32,000 bases of DNA from Candidatus Saccharimonadota bacterium (lineage in GTDB: Archaea; Nanohalarchaeota; Nanosalinia; Nanosalinales; Nanosalinaceae). A program made the position numbers and the translations under genes. The notes under the pieces were generated by a model. It made no database searches, was not told the origin of the DNA, and saw only the letters and a list, made by a program, of their open reading frames with translations. Shown here in pieces: positions 23,956-31,277 of the stretch (position 1 is its first letter; every line of letters begins with the position of its first letter). Where the stretch lies: assembly GCF_029232205.1 (NCBI RefSeq), contig NZ_CP107255.1:1-32000 (forward strand). Reading direction: 5' to 3'.

Positions 23956-24528
23956 ATGAACAACCTGCAAGATAGAAAGAGGCTAGGAAACTGGCTTGAT
24001 CAAGAAATACTTGAAGAGAGGCCCTCCAGAGCAATTCTGTGGCCTGCGGAACCGACGCTTGCACAGACACTAGTAGAAGATGCAGGTGTAGAAAAACTTC
24101 TGGCCACAAGCCCTAATGCAGCACTTATAGGGTATGACAAGCCAGAAAACGTCTATCTTTCCGGAGCAACATCACACGAATTGGCCGATAAGATGCCTGG
24201 AAGCACCGATCTTGAGTATGGATGGGCCCTAGCTGACGACACAGTAAACAGCATGAGGAACGGCCTCAGCAAGAAAGAAGCACAGAGAAGAATAATCGAG
24301 ACCTCAGATCAGATCCTCCAACCTGGAGGAGTGGCAGTTTACAATCTTGAGAGTACGGGCTCTAGGCCTGGTATGCCGGTAGAAGAGAGTCTATCTCCTC
24401 AAGAGAATATGATGCAGTATGCGCGCGAGATGAAGGAAATACTCCAGGAAGACTACACAGACAGTGTAGAAATATACGAAGAACCAGATTTCAGGACCAA
24501 TTCTCCACATCTAGTGTGGTGGAAATAG
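23956..24528 (+). CDS. Hypothetical protein, weakly methyltransferase-fold-like and lacking a clear SAM glycine loop
   Basis: 190-aa acidic ORF. Only the ILQPGGVAVY block is reminiscent of class I methyltransferases, so function is not assigned. Confidence 0.5.
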   Translation: MNNLQDRKRLGNWLDQEILEERPSRAILWPAEPTLAQTLVEDAGVEKLLATSPNAALIGYDKPENVYLSGATSHELADKMPGSTDLEYGWALADDTVNSMRNGLSKKEAQRRIIETSDQILQPGGVAVYNLESTGSRPGMPVEESLSPQENMMQYAREMKEILQEDYTDSVEIYEEPDFRTNSPHLVWWK

Positions 24529-24592
24529 ATGCAAATGAGTGTGAAAATTCTTCGAACACTCGCGGGTTTGAGGGCCGATCAGAAAACAGGCC

Positions 24593-24702
24593 ATAATAAA
24601 GAAGGTATATCGCGAGTCTGGGCGAATGTGTTTTTCGATACTTTCTTGGCACTTTAGCAAGGGGTCGCGCCATAGATCGGCCATATAATAAAGAAGGTAT
24701 AT
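24593..24702. repeat. Exact 18-bp direct repeat ATAATAAAGAAGGTATAT, two copies 92 bp apart, in a convergent intergenic spacer
   Basis: Copies lie at 24593-24610 and 24685-24702. Both are preceded by ggccat and by the palindromic ggccgatc / gatcggcc. Confidence 0.8.
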
Positions 24703-24801
24703 TTTCACCCTGTTCAGTCACCAGGTTCAATCCACTCCCATCTATTATACCTCCTTTGTTATGAGTGTTTTTCGAATTTGAGCAAATTTTTCCAGAAAAG
24801 T

Positions 24802-25020
24802 TCATGATCTCGAGGCCTTTTCGGTATGCTCATTCAGCAATCTCAGCACGATATCGCGATTGTTCTCTGTGTAGAGAATGTTGGCGGTGGCATCCTCGGC
24901 CTCAGTTACCGAAATACCCAGGCCTGTATTGTCGAAAACCTCTTTCAGCCTGGAGTAAAGGCCTGTCTCGCCGTGAAGGATAAACTTGCTTCCATCATCC
25001 TGTATTTTGTAGAGTCTCAT
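24802..25020 (-). CDS. Small hypothetical protein (72 aa)
   Basis: The purine-rich sense strand and acidic composition match local coding style better than the overlapping + strand ORFs. A palindromic site lies in its upstream region. Confidence 0.45.
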   Translation of the reverse strand: MRLYKIQDDGSKFILHGETGLYSRLKEVFDNTGLGISVTEAEDATANILYTENNRDIVLRLLNEHTEKASRS

Positions 25021-25056
25021 AACCTATTTTTCGCAGGCCTCAGTCAAAAAGAATGG

Positions 25057-25077
25057 GTGTTCAAAATATCTGAACAC
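25057..25077. promoter_or_regulatory. Perfect palindrome GTGTTCA-N7-TGAACAC (operator-like)
   Basis: gtgttca aaatatc tgaacac, located 37-57 nt upstream of the ATG at 25020. It straddles a TATA-like atatttt on the minus strand. Confidence 0.45.
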
Positions 25078-25167
25078 TCAATAATGTAAGATTAACTTTA
25101 CAGTACAAACAACACCTTTTAAAAAACATTGAATGTTCGCATGAAATTAACATAGCTGTGTGTTATG

Positions 25168-25187
25168 GTGTTCGATTATTTTGAACA
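25168..25187. promoter_or_regulatory. Second copy of the same palindrome architecture, GTGTTCG-N7-TGAACA
   Basis: gtgttcg attattt tgaaca has the same 7-nt spacer and lies 111 bp from the first copy. Confidence 0.4.
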
Positions 25188-25257
25188 ATCAGGCCTGTGT
25201 TGTGAGTATTATGGAGGCCTGAGGAGAGGAAATAGGGGGAGAAAGTGAAGTGGTGTG

Positions 25258-25773
25258 TTATCTTTCTGCGTCGTAGTGCTGGTAGAGGTCGTGGGAGTCC
25301 CAGTCTTTGGCGTCTTCAGGGTCGTAGCCTAGTTCTTCTATGGCTTCTGTGAGTTCTTGCTGTGTTGGGGCCTCGATTTCCAGTAGTGCTGGTATGTCTG
25401 GGTACCAGTCGATGACGTATTCTATTCGGCCGTGGTGCCATTTGGCTCTGGTCTTTTCGCTTTTGTGTATCTGTTGGAGGCCTAGTGATGTGAGTAGTTC
25501 GCGGGCTTCATCCATGTCGCTGACTTCGAATTCGATTTCGTTCATTATTTTGGCGCCGTCCTGGTTTTCTTCATCTTCTTTTCTGGTGAGAATGGTCTCT
25601 GACCCTAGCCTTCGGAGTCGAAGTATGCCGTTTTCCTCGATGCGGCCGTCTTCGTAGTCGTAGAACTCTGACTGTACTTTGCCTTCGAATTTTTTCTCTG
25701 CGTTCATCTCCTGCATTTTTCTGCGTACTTTGGCAGGATCTACTTCCAGTATCTTGGCCTCGATCTCCTTCAT
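25258..25773 (-). CDS. CYTH-domain protein (CyaB-type class IV adenylyl cyclase / triphosphatase family)
   Basis: 171 aa with the N-terminal ExExK signature (EIEAKI) and the alternating charged beta-strand pattern of CYTH. Confidence 0.75.
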   Translation of the reverse strand: MKEIEAKILEVDPAKVRRKMQEMNAEKKFEGKVQSEFYDYEDGRIEENGILRLRRLGSETILTRKEDEENQDGAKIMNEIEFEVSDMDEARELLTSLGLQQIHKSEKTRAKWHHGRIEYVIDWYPDIPALLEIEAPTQQELTEAIEELGYDPEDAKDWDSHDLYQHYDAER

Positions 25774-25862
25774 GTGAGTTTAATTGAGGTTGGAGAATTA
25801 AAGAAGAAAGTTTTTTTAGGGTGTTCTCAGTAATACTGTTCTGAGAGGTTGGTCATGTGGGT

Positions 25863-26450
25863 TTAGTTGCTTTTTCTCTTTAGAGGTATTTTCTGGGTTT
25901 CTTTTGATTGGTTCTCTGGTTCTTTCTTTTCTTCGTCAAGGGCTTCAAGAATTTTTATCAGGTGGCCCCGGATTATCAGGACTGCGGGTATGAGCAGGAA
26001 TAGGTAGATTAATGGGCTCCTGCTTGTGAATATTATGTAGTATCCTATGTATGGTATCCAGAATTTTCTCTCTCCTATGATCTGTTCGCCTGAGGTCCAG
26101 CCAGGATCTGGGCCTGGGTTTGCGTCTCCTTTTGTTTGAAAGGAGTTGGTGTAGTTTCCTTCTCTTATATCGATTATACGATGCACTACAAGGTCTTCGC
26201 TAATATTGGATTGGTTAGGCCGGAAAATAACTACGTCTCCTTCTTCGTAGCTTTTCGGGTTCTCCCAGCTCTCAAATACTAGTGAGCCTTTAGGCATTTC
26301 TGGGGCCATGGAGCTGGATTCTACTACGTATGAGTCTAGGCCTAGTTGCTGAGGAACCAGGTAGATGACGTAGGGCGTAATAAGCAGTAGAAGTAAGGCC
26401 CAGATAATTGTTTTCTTCGAGTCCTGGTTCTTGTAAAATCCTTTTTTCAT
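25863..26450 (-). CDS. Signal peptidase I, archaeal/ER type (S26B, Sec11/SipW-like)
   Basis: It has a TM anchor followed by boxes SSSMAPEMPKGSLV, GDVVIFRP, VVHRIIDI and TKGDANPGPD. The ATG at 26450 is used here; the track gives a TTG start at 26459. Confidence 0.85.
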   Translation of the reverse strand: MKKGFYKNQDSKKTIIWALLLLLITPYVIYLVPQQLGLDSYVVESSSMAPEMPKGSLVFESWENPKSYEEGDVVIFRPNQSNISEDLVVHRIIDIREGNYTNSFQTKGDANPGPDPGWTSGEQIIGERKFWIPYIGYYIIFTSRSPLIYLFLLIPAVLIIRGHLIKILEALDEEKKEPENQSKETQKIPLKRKSN

Positions 26451-26517
26451 GTGTATCAACAGTATTTAAGGCCTCTACCTCCTTTTTAGGGAAGGCAGAG
26501 GCTTGATCTGGGGAAGG

Positions 26518-27363
26518 TTAGTGGGTTTCTTCGCTGGTTTCTTTGTTGTAGTCGGTCTCAGAGTTGTAGCTGTCTTCCTCTGATTCTGACTTTTCTTTGC
26601 TATGTGAGTAGTCCTTCTCTTTGTAGCTTTCCTTGTCTGAGTCTGATTCTTCTTCGTGCTTGCTGGTTTCTTTCTCGCTCTCAGAAGATTCTTTTGTTTC
26701 TTCTTTGGTCTTGTTGTAGTTGCTGCTGTCTTTCTTGCTTTCGGATGAGTCTTTCTCATCGTATTCGCTTCTGTTTTCTTCTTCTGAGCTGTTCTTGTTC
26801 TTGTAGCTTTCATCGCTGCTGTCTTTCTCAGATGAAGAACTTTCCTTCTTCTTGTGGTCTTTGTACTCCTTCTCGTAATCTATGGAGTAGGAGACGCTTC
26901 CGGTCTGTAGGTGGTCAAGAGAGGATTCGTACTTCTGCTTGTAGGTCTGTGTCTTCTGCTTCTGCTCGAGGTACATGTTTCTGTACTTTTCGAGCTTTTC
27001 TTTTTCCTTCTCGTAGAGATCCTTGTATCTCTCATAGTTCTCTTTCTGATCCTTGTTCAGTTTCTTGTAGTGGTTGAGCTGTTCCCGGCTTTGCTCTAGA
27101 TCTTTCTTCATCTCTTGGGATGTTTGCTTCTCTGAGTTGTACCTCTGCTTGTACTTGTCAGCAGTTTCCTTCCAGTCAGACATCTCTTTCTCATACTTGT
27201 CTACCTTCTTCTCTAGACTGACAATCTTCTGATGCATGTCTGCCCTGTCATCGTACTCGTAATCCCCGTTAGACCAGTTACTGCTCGCAGCTACAGTACC
27301 GATCCCGGCAACCGAAGCAACAAGGCCTATAGCCATGAGGGAAACTAAAACTTGCTTGTTCAT
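26518..27363 (-). CDS. Secreted Tyr/Lys/Glu/Ser-rich coiled-coil and low-complexity protein
   Basis: It has a signal peptide (MNKQVLVSLMAIGLVASVAGIGTVAASS) and a strong SD (ggaggtga) 8 nt upstream of the ATG. The first half is coiled-coil-like, and the second half is S/E/K/D low complexity with recurrent (D/E/S)-Y-(K/N/E). Confidence 0.7.
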   Translation of the reverse strand: MNKQVLVSLMAIGLVASVAGIGTVAASSNWSNGDYEYDDRADMHQKIVSLEKKVDKYEKEMSDWKETADKYKQRYNSEKQTSQEMKKDLEQSREQLNHYKKLNKDQKENYERYKDLYEKEKEKLEKYRNMYLEQKQKTQTYKQKYESSLDHLQTGSVSYSIDYEKEYKDHKKKESSSSEKDSSDESYKNKNSSEEENRSEYDEKDSSESKKDSSNYNKTKEETKESSESEKETSKHEEESDSDKESYKEKDYSHSKEKSESEEDSYNSETDYNKETSEETH

Positions 27364-27770
27364 TGTTTTTCACCTCCTTTTTACCGTAAAACCTGTTTTC
27401 TTAGGAATTAACAGGAAACCCTTGGGGTTAAAAGCCCCCGTAGCTTTCTACATATCAAGTATGAGGGACTACAACATAACCAAATTATTTCAAAACAGAA
27501 TGACTGTTGTTTTGAAGTCATCTAAGTTCTCTGGTTAAACTATAAGCAATATAACACATGTTTTAGTTGTTATTCTAATTAAACGAATTTAATAGTTGTT
27601 ATAATCATATAAAATAGAATTAAACCAACTTATTTACTGTAAAAATTTCTTTAAACAAATTTAAACTTTTTAAGTTAATGTATTTCAAGCAATAGGGCCT
27701 ATATGCAAGTTTAGGCACTAATAGGAATATATTGAGATATAAGAAATAATAAAATTTGCCTGGAGGCCTT

Positions 27771-28148
27771 CTAGGCGCTTCTCTTCAGGATCTCTACTTC
27801 GTAGCCTTCAGGGTCTTTGACGAATGCGTAGTCTCCTGGACATTCTTCTGGTGGTCGGTAGTCTTCTCCGCCGGCCTCTACTGCGTTTTCGTATGCTTCC
27901 TGCAGGTCCATGCCTTTTGGTGTGTGGATGGCGATGTGGCCGAATCCTTCTCCTTTCTCGTATTTTTCGTCTTCTCCGTGGTTGTATGTGAGTTCGAGTT
28001 CGGCGGTCTGGCCTGGATGTCCCAGGAAGTAGAGGTCGAATGTTTCGTGTTCGGAGACTCTCTTCAGTTCGAAGTTGAAGGCCTTTTCGTAAAATTCGAT
28101 TACTGCTTCGGGGTCTGATACTCTGAGCATTGTGTGGGCTATTTTCAT
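27771..28148 (-). CDS. gloA: Glyoxalase I / lactoylglutathione lyase (VOC family)
   Basis: 125 aa with HTMLRVSD, ELELTYNHG, GFGHIAI and FVKDPEGYEVEIL, the classic small GloA blocks. Confidence 0.8.
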   Translation of the reverse strand: MKIAHTMLRVSDPEAVIEFYEKAFNFELKRVSEHETFDLYFLGHPGQTAELELTYNHGEDEKYEKGEGFGHIAIHTPKGMDLQEAYENAVEAGGEDYRPPEECPGDYAFVKDPEGYEVEILKRSA

Positions 28149-28184
28149 TTCTTTGTCACCTGTCTGTAGAGTAGGTCGTGATTG

Positions 28185-28574
28185 TTATTGGTCTTGTGGT
28201 AGCATGGTCACTGAGTCTGTGTGTTTGCTTCCTTCGAGTTCGTTGTAGAATTCTATTACTTCGCTGGCGAGGCCCATGGTGTGGAATACTTCGAGGCATT
28301 TGTCTCCGCTGAGTTTGCTGTGTAGCTGTGTGGTGATGACGTGGTCGTAGTCATGCGAAATCTTGGCTATCTCCTGTTCCTTTCTGTGAGGGTGTCGGGC
28401 CACTACTACTGCGTTAAGTTCTCCTTCGAGGTTGCTGTTCTCCATTGTTTCTCTGTGAAGTCTTTCTATGGCCTTTCTGATCAGTTCGCTTCTGCCGTTG
28501 AAGCTGCCTTCTTCGTTTATTTCCTCGATTTTCTCCAGTGTTTCTTCGTCCAGGGAGAGGCTTATTATTTCCAT
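28185..28574 (-). CDS. nikR: NikR-family metal-responsive regulator (ribbon-helix-helix plus ACT-like metal-binding domain)
   Basis: It has an N-terminal RHH (ISLSLDEETLEKIEE...GRSELIRKAIERL). The C-terminal domain carries His/Cys ligand candidates (HPHRKE, HDYDH, HSKLSGDKC). Confidence 0.7.
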   Translation of the reverse strand: MEIISLSLDEETLEKIEEINEEGSFNGRSELIRKAIERLHRETMENSNLEGELNAVVVARHPHRKEQEIAKISHDYDHVITTQLHSKLSGDKCLEVFHTMGLASEVIEFYNELEGSKHTDSVTMLPQDQ

Positions 28575-28583
28575 AACACTGAA

Positions 28584-28611
28584 TTAATAGGAATGTTTAA
28601 AAAGTTATTAA
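28584..28611. promoter_or_regulatory. Dyad TTAATA-N16-TATTAA in the nikR/ZIP divergent spacer (candidate NikR operator)
   Basis: Half sites lie at 28584-28589 and 28606-28611, exactly 16 nt apart. This matches the E. coli NikR operator spacing (GTATGA-N16-TCATAC). The AT-rich context lowers the significance. Confidence 0.3.
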
Positions 28612-28624
28612 AGATGTCTTTGTT

Positions 28625-29356
28625 ATGATAATACAGAACGTAATCTACAGTCTTGCAATTGCATCAGGCCTCTCCGCACTGGGAGCTCTATTTCTGGGCC
28701 TTAACGAGGAGAAAACTGAAAAAATAATTCCTTATCTAATTTCTCTATCTGCTGGCACAATTTTTGGCGGGGTTTTCATACACTTAGTGTTCAAGATGGC
28801 GAACAACATTGGCTATACTCGTGAGACTGGAGTTCTTGTGCTTCTGGGCCTTGCAGGATCTCTAGGTCTTGAAAGAGCTGTCCACTGGCACTGCCACAAC
28901 AATGATCATCACGTAGATGCTATCTCATATGTGCTTCTTGCAGGAGATGCAGTCCACAACGTTCTGGACGGGTTTCTGATTGCTACAAGCTATATTGTAG
29001 GTCCTGCCGCAGGTCTTGCATCGACCATTGCTATCGTGATGCACAAGATTCCGAAAGAGGCCGGTGACTATGGTATTCTGGTTGACAGCGGTATTTCAAA
29101 GGTTAGAGCTGTGCTCTTCAATATCTTGATCAGCCTGTTCATGTTTATAGGTGCTGCAGCGGTGCTTGTCTCAACTCAGTATGTTAGCGGCCTTGAGAAG
29201 TTCCTGCTTCCGCTTGTGATCGGTAACTTTGTCTATATTGCGGGTAGCGATCTTCTTCCGAGGATAAAGGAGAGGCAGATGGGAGCTCACCTACTGTTCT
29301 TCGTACTGGGCGTGGCTGTGATGTATGCTATTCCTTACGTTAAGGCCGCTATCTAG
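28625..29356 (+). CDS. ZIP-family divalent metal transporter (ZupT-like)
   Basis: 243 aa with multiple TM helices, a His-rich loop (HWHCHNNDHHVD), and signature HNVLDGFLIA and HKIPKEAGDYGIL. Confidence 0.85.
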   Translation: MIIQNVIYSLAIASGLSALGALFLGLNEEKTEKIIPYLISLSAGTIFGGVFIHLVFKMANNIGYTRETGVLVLLGLAGSLGLERAVHWHCHNNDHHVDAISYVLLAGDAVHNVLDGFLIATSYIVGPAAGLASTIAIVMHKIPKEAGDYGILVDSGISKVRAVLFNILISLFMFIGAAAVLVSTQYVSGLEKFLLPLVIGNFVYIAGSDLLPRIKERQMGAHLLFFVLGVAVMYAIPYVKAAI

Positions 29357-29409
29357 GCCTTTTCATTTTTCCCTAATTTTTAGTTCTTGAGAAGAGAAAA
29401 GGAGAAGAG

Positions 29410-30087
29410 TCATCCCTGTGTTGGGATGTACTGTGATACTTTGAGGGCGAGTTCCTGGACGGGTAGTGACTGGATCCAGACTGTGCCCGGGCCTTCGAGT
29501 GTTGTTAGGAAGAGGCCTTCGCCTCCGAAAAGCGCGTTTTTTACTCCCTTCACTCTTTCAACATTGTATTTCATTCCTTTGTCGAATGCTACGACGCTGC
29601 CTGTATCGACTTTTATTTTCTGGCCTTGCTGTAGCTGTATTTCGTCGACTTCTCCTCCTGCGTTGAGGAAGGCCATTCCTGGGCCCTGTACTTTTGTCAT
29701 TTTGAATCCTTCTCCTCCAAGTAGGCCTGATGCCAGGCTGGTTGTGAATTCTGTGTCGAGGTTGCCTGATTCGCTGCATAGGAATGCGTCTTCCTGTGCG
29801 AGTACTTCTCTGCCCTGGTCAAGGTCTAGTGCTATTACGTCTCCGGGGAATTCTGCTGCGAAGTTGATTATTCCTTCTCCTTGTTGTGTTGAGAATGTGG
29901 TTACGAAGAATGATTCTCCTGAGATTGATCTTTTGACTGAGGACATGAGGCCTCCAGAGGCCGAGGTCTGCATTTCGACGTTGTCGCTCATGTAGCTCAT
30001 TTTGCCTGTTTCTGCGACTATTTCCTCTCCAGGCTGGATTTTTACTTCGAGGAAGGGTGAGAAGTCTCCTTTGATTCTGTATTCCAT
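29410..30087 (-). CDS. AIM24 / TIGR00266 (DUF124) family protein
   Basis: 225 aa. The pattern L.V.L.pGE.i.AE.G.M.YM...v...T plus GESFF.TTF is typical of this family. Confidence 0.75.
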   Translation of the reverse strand: MEYRIKGDFSPFLEVKIQPGEEIVAETGKMSYMSDNVEMQTSASGGLMSSVKRSISGESFFVTTFSTQQGEGIINFAAEFPGDVIALDLDQGREVLAQEDAFLCSESGNLDTEFTTSLASGLLGGEGFKMTKVQGPGMAFLNAGGEVDEIQLQQGQKIKVDTGSVVAFDKGMKYNVERVKGVKNALFGGEGLFLTTLEGPGTVWIQSLPVQELALKVSQYIPTQG

Positions 30088-30128
30088 AAGAGTTGATTGG
30101 AGGCCTTGTTGAAAAGCTTTCTTTTGAT

Positions 30129-31196
30129 TCAGTCTATAAAGTCCTTTACTGTTTCGAAGAAGGTTTTGCTTTCCTCTTTCTCTCTTCTGAGTTCTTCCAT
30201 GACTTCTCGTTGTTCCTCAGAGAGTTTTTCCGGTATCTCAACGTCTACCTTGATGAACAGGTCTCCTGTTCTGCGACCTCTTCTGGAAGGCATTCCCTTG
30301 TCTTTGACTCTCAGTACCTGGCCTGGCTGTGTTCCGCTTGGTATGTCTACCTGGATTTCCGAGTCCGGTGTCGGAACTGTTATCTGTGTGCCCAGTGATG
30401 CATCGCCGACTCCTATTTTTGCGGTTGTGAATAGGTCGTTGTCTCGTCTTTCCAGTGAGTCATGTGGTTCAACGGTGACTCTGATTATCAGGTCTCCTGG
30501 TCTGCCGTTTGATTCGTTTCCTTTGCCTGCGACTTTCAGTCTCTGTCCATCCTTAACTCCTGAAGGAATGTCTACTGTAATGGTTTCCTTCTGTTCTGTA
30601 AGGCCTTCTCCGTTACATTCCGAGCATTTAGTTTCGGGTATGTTTCCTGTTCCGTTGCACTGCGGGCATTCTGTTACTGTCTGTGTGCGGCCGAAAGGTG
30701 TTCTCTGAACCTGTCTTACCTGGCCCTGACCCTCACACTCTGTGCATGTTGATGTGTTGCCGTTTTCTGCCCCACTACCGTTACATTCCGGACATTCCTT
30801 TCTTCTTTTTACCTGGAAGCTTTTTTCAATTCCCTTGTAGGCCTCTTCCAGTGTTATCGATGTCTGGATTCTAAGATTCTGGCCTGAGCTGCGGCCTCTT
30901 CCACCTCCTCCGAAAAGATGCTCGAAAATATCCTGGAAGTTCTGTGATGCTCTCTGCTGTCCTGCACGTGCGTTTCCTTCTACGCCCTGTTTGCCGAATC
31001 TGTCGTATTTCTTCCTTTTTTCTTCGTCTGAGAGAACGTCGTAGGCCTTGTTAATCTTCTTGAACTTTTCCTCATCAGCTGTATCAGAATTTGAGTCTGG
31101 GTGGTATTTTTTGGCCTTTTTTCTGTAGGCCTTTTTGATTTCGTCCTGGCTTGCGTCTTCGCTGACTCCTAGAAGTTCGTAGTATTCTTTCGCCAA
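30129..31196 (-). CDS. dnaJ: Molecular chaperone DnaJ (type I)
   Basis: It has a J-domain with HPD (KKYHPD), a G-rich linker and four CxxCxGxG zinc-finger repeats. It uses a TTG start. Confidence 0.95.
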   Translation of the reverse strand: MAKEYYELLGVSEDASQDEIKKAYRKKAKKYHPDSNSDTADEEKFKKINKAYDVLSDEEKRKKYDRFGKQGVEGNARAGQQRASQNFQDIFEHLFGGGGRGRSSGQNLRIQTSITLEEAYKGIEKSFQVKRRKECPECNGSGAENGNTSTCTECEGQGQVRQVQRTPFGRTQTVTECPQCNGTGNIPETKCSECNGEGLTEQKETITVDIPSGVKDGQRLKVAGKGNESNGRPGDLIIRVTVEPHDSLERRDNDLFTTAKIGVGDASLGTQITVPTPDSEIQVDIPSGTQPGQVLRVKDKGMPSRRGRRTGDLFIKVDVEIPEKLSEEQREVMEELRREKEESKTFFETVKDFID

Positions 31197-31277
31197 CGAA
31201 CTTTCACCAAAGTTTGATCATGGTTAAACCGCTTGCAGTGGCTTCTGGATTTTTGAAAGAAAGAGGAGAGGAGGACA

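Noticed and set aside
24491-24805. 104-aa minus-strand ORF across the repeat-bearing convergent spacer, plus the nested 24511-24708 ORF
   Set aside because: The product is basic and atypical for this acidic proteome, and its internal peptide repeat simply mirrors the 18-bp DNA repeat. It also overlaps the end of the + strand gene. It is treated as non-coding, though proteomics could overturn this.
26475-27099. ORFs 26475-26813 (minus strand, extremely Lys/Thr/Arg-rich), 26604-27077 and 26911-27099 (+ strand) overlapping the secreted low-complexity gene
   Set aside because: They are frame-shifted or antisense readings of the same repetitive AAG/GAA/TCT-rich DNA. Only the 26518-27363 frame has a signal peptide and a strong SD.
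27540-27760. AT-rich block as a second replication origin
   Set aside because: There is no adjacent orc1/cdc6 gene and no convincing inverted ORB pair; only one weak GAAA..GGGG word is present. A promoter/leader interpretation is simpler. It is kept only as a low-interest finding.
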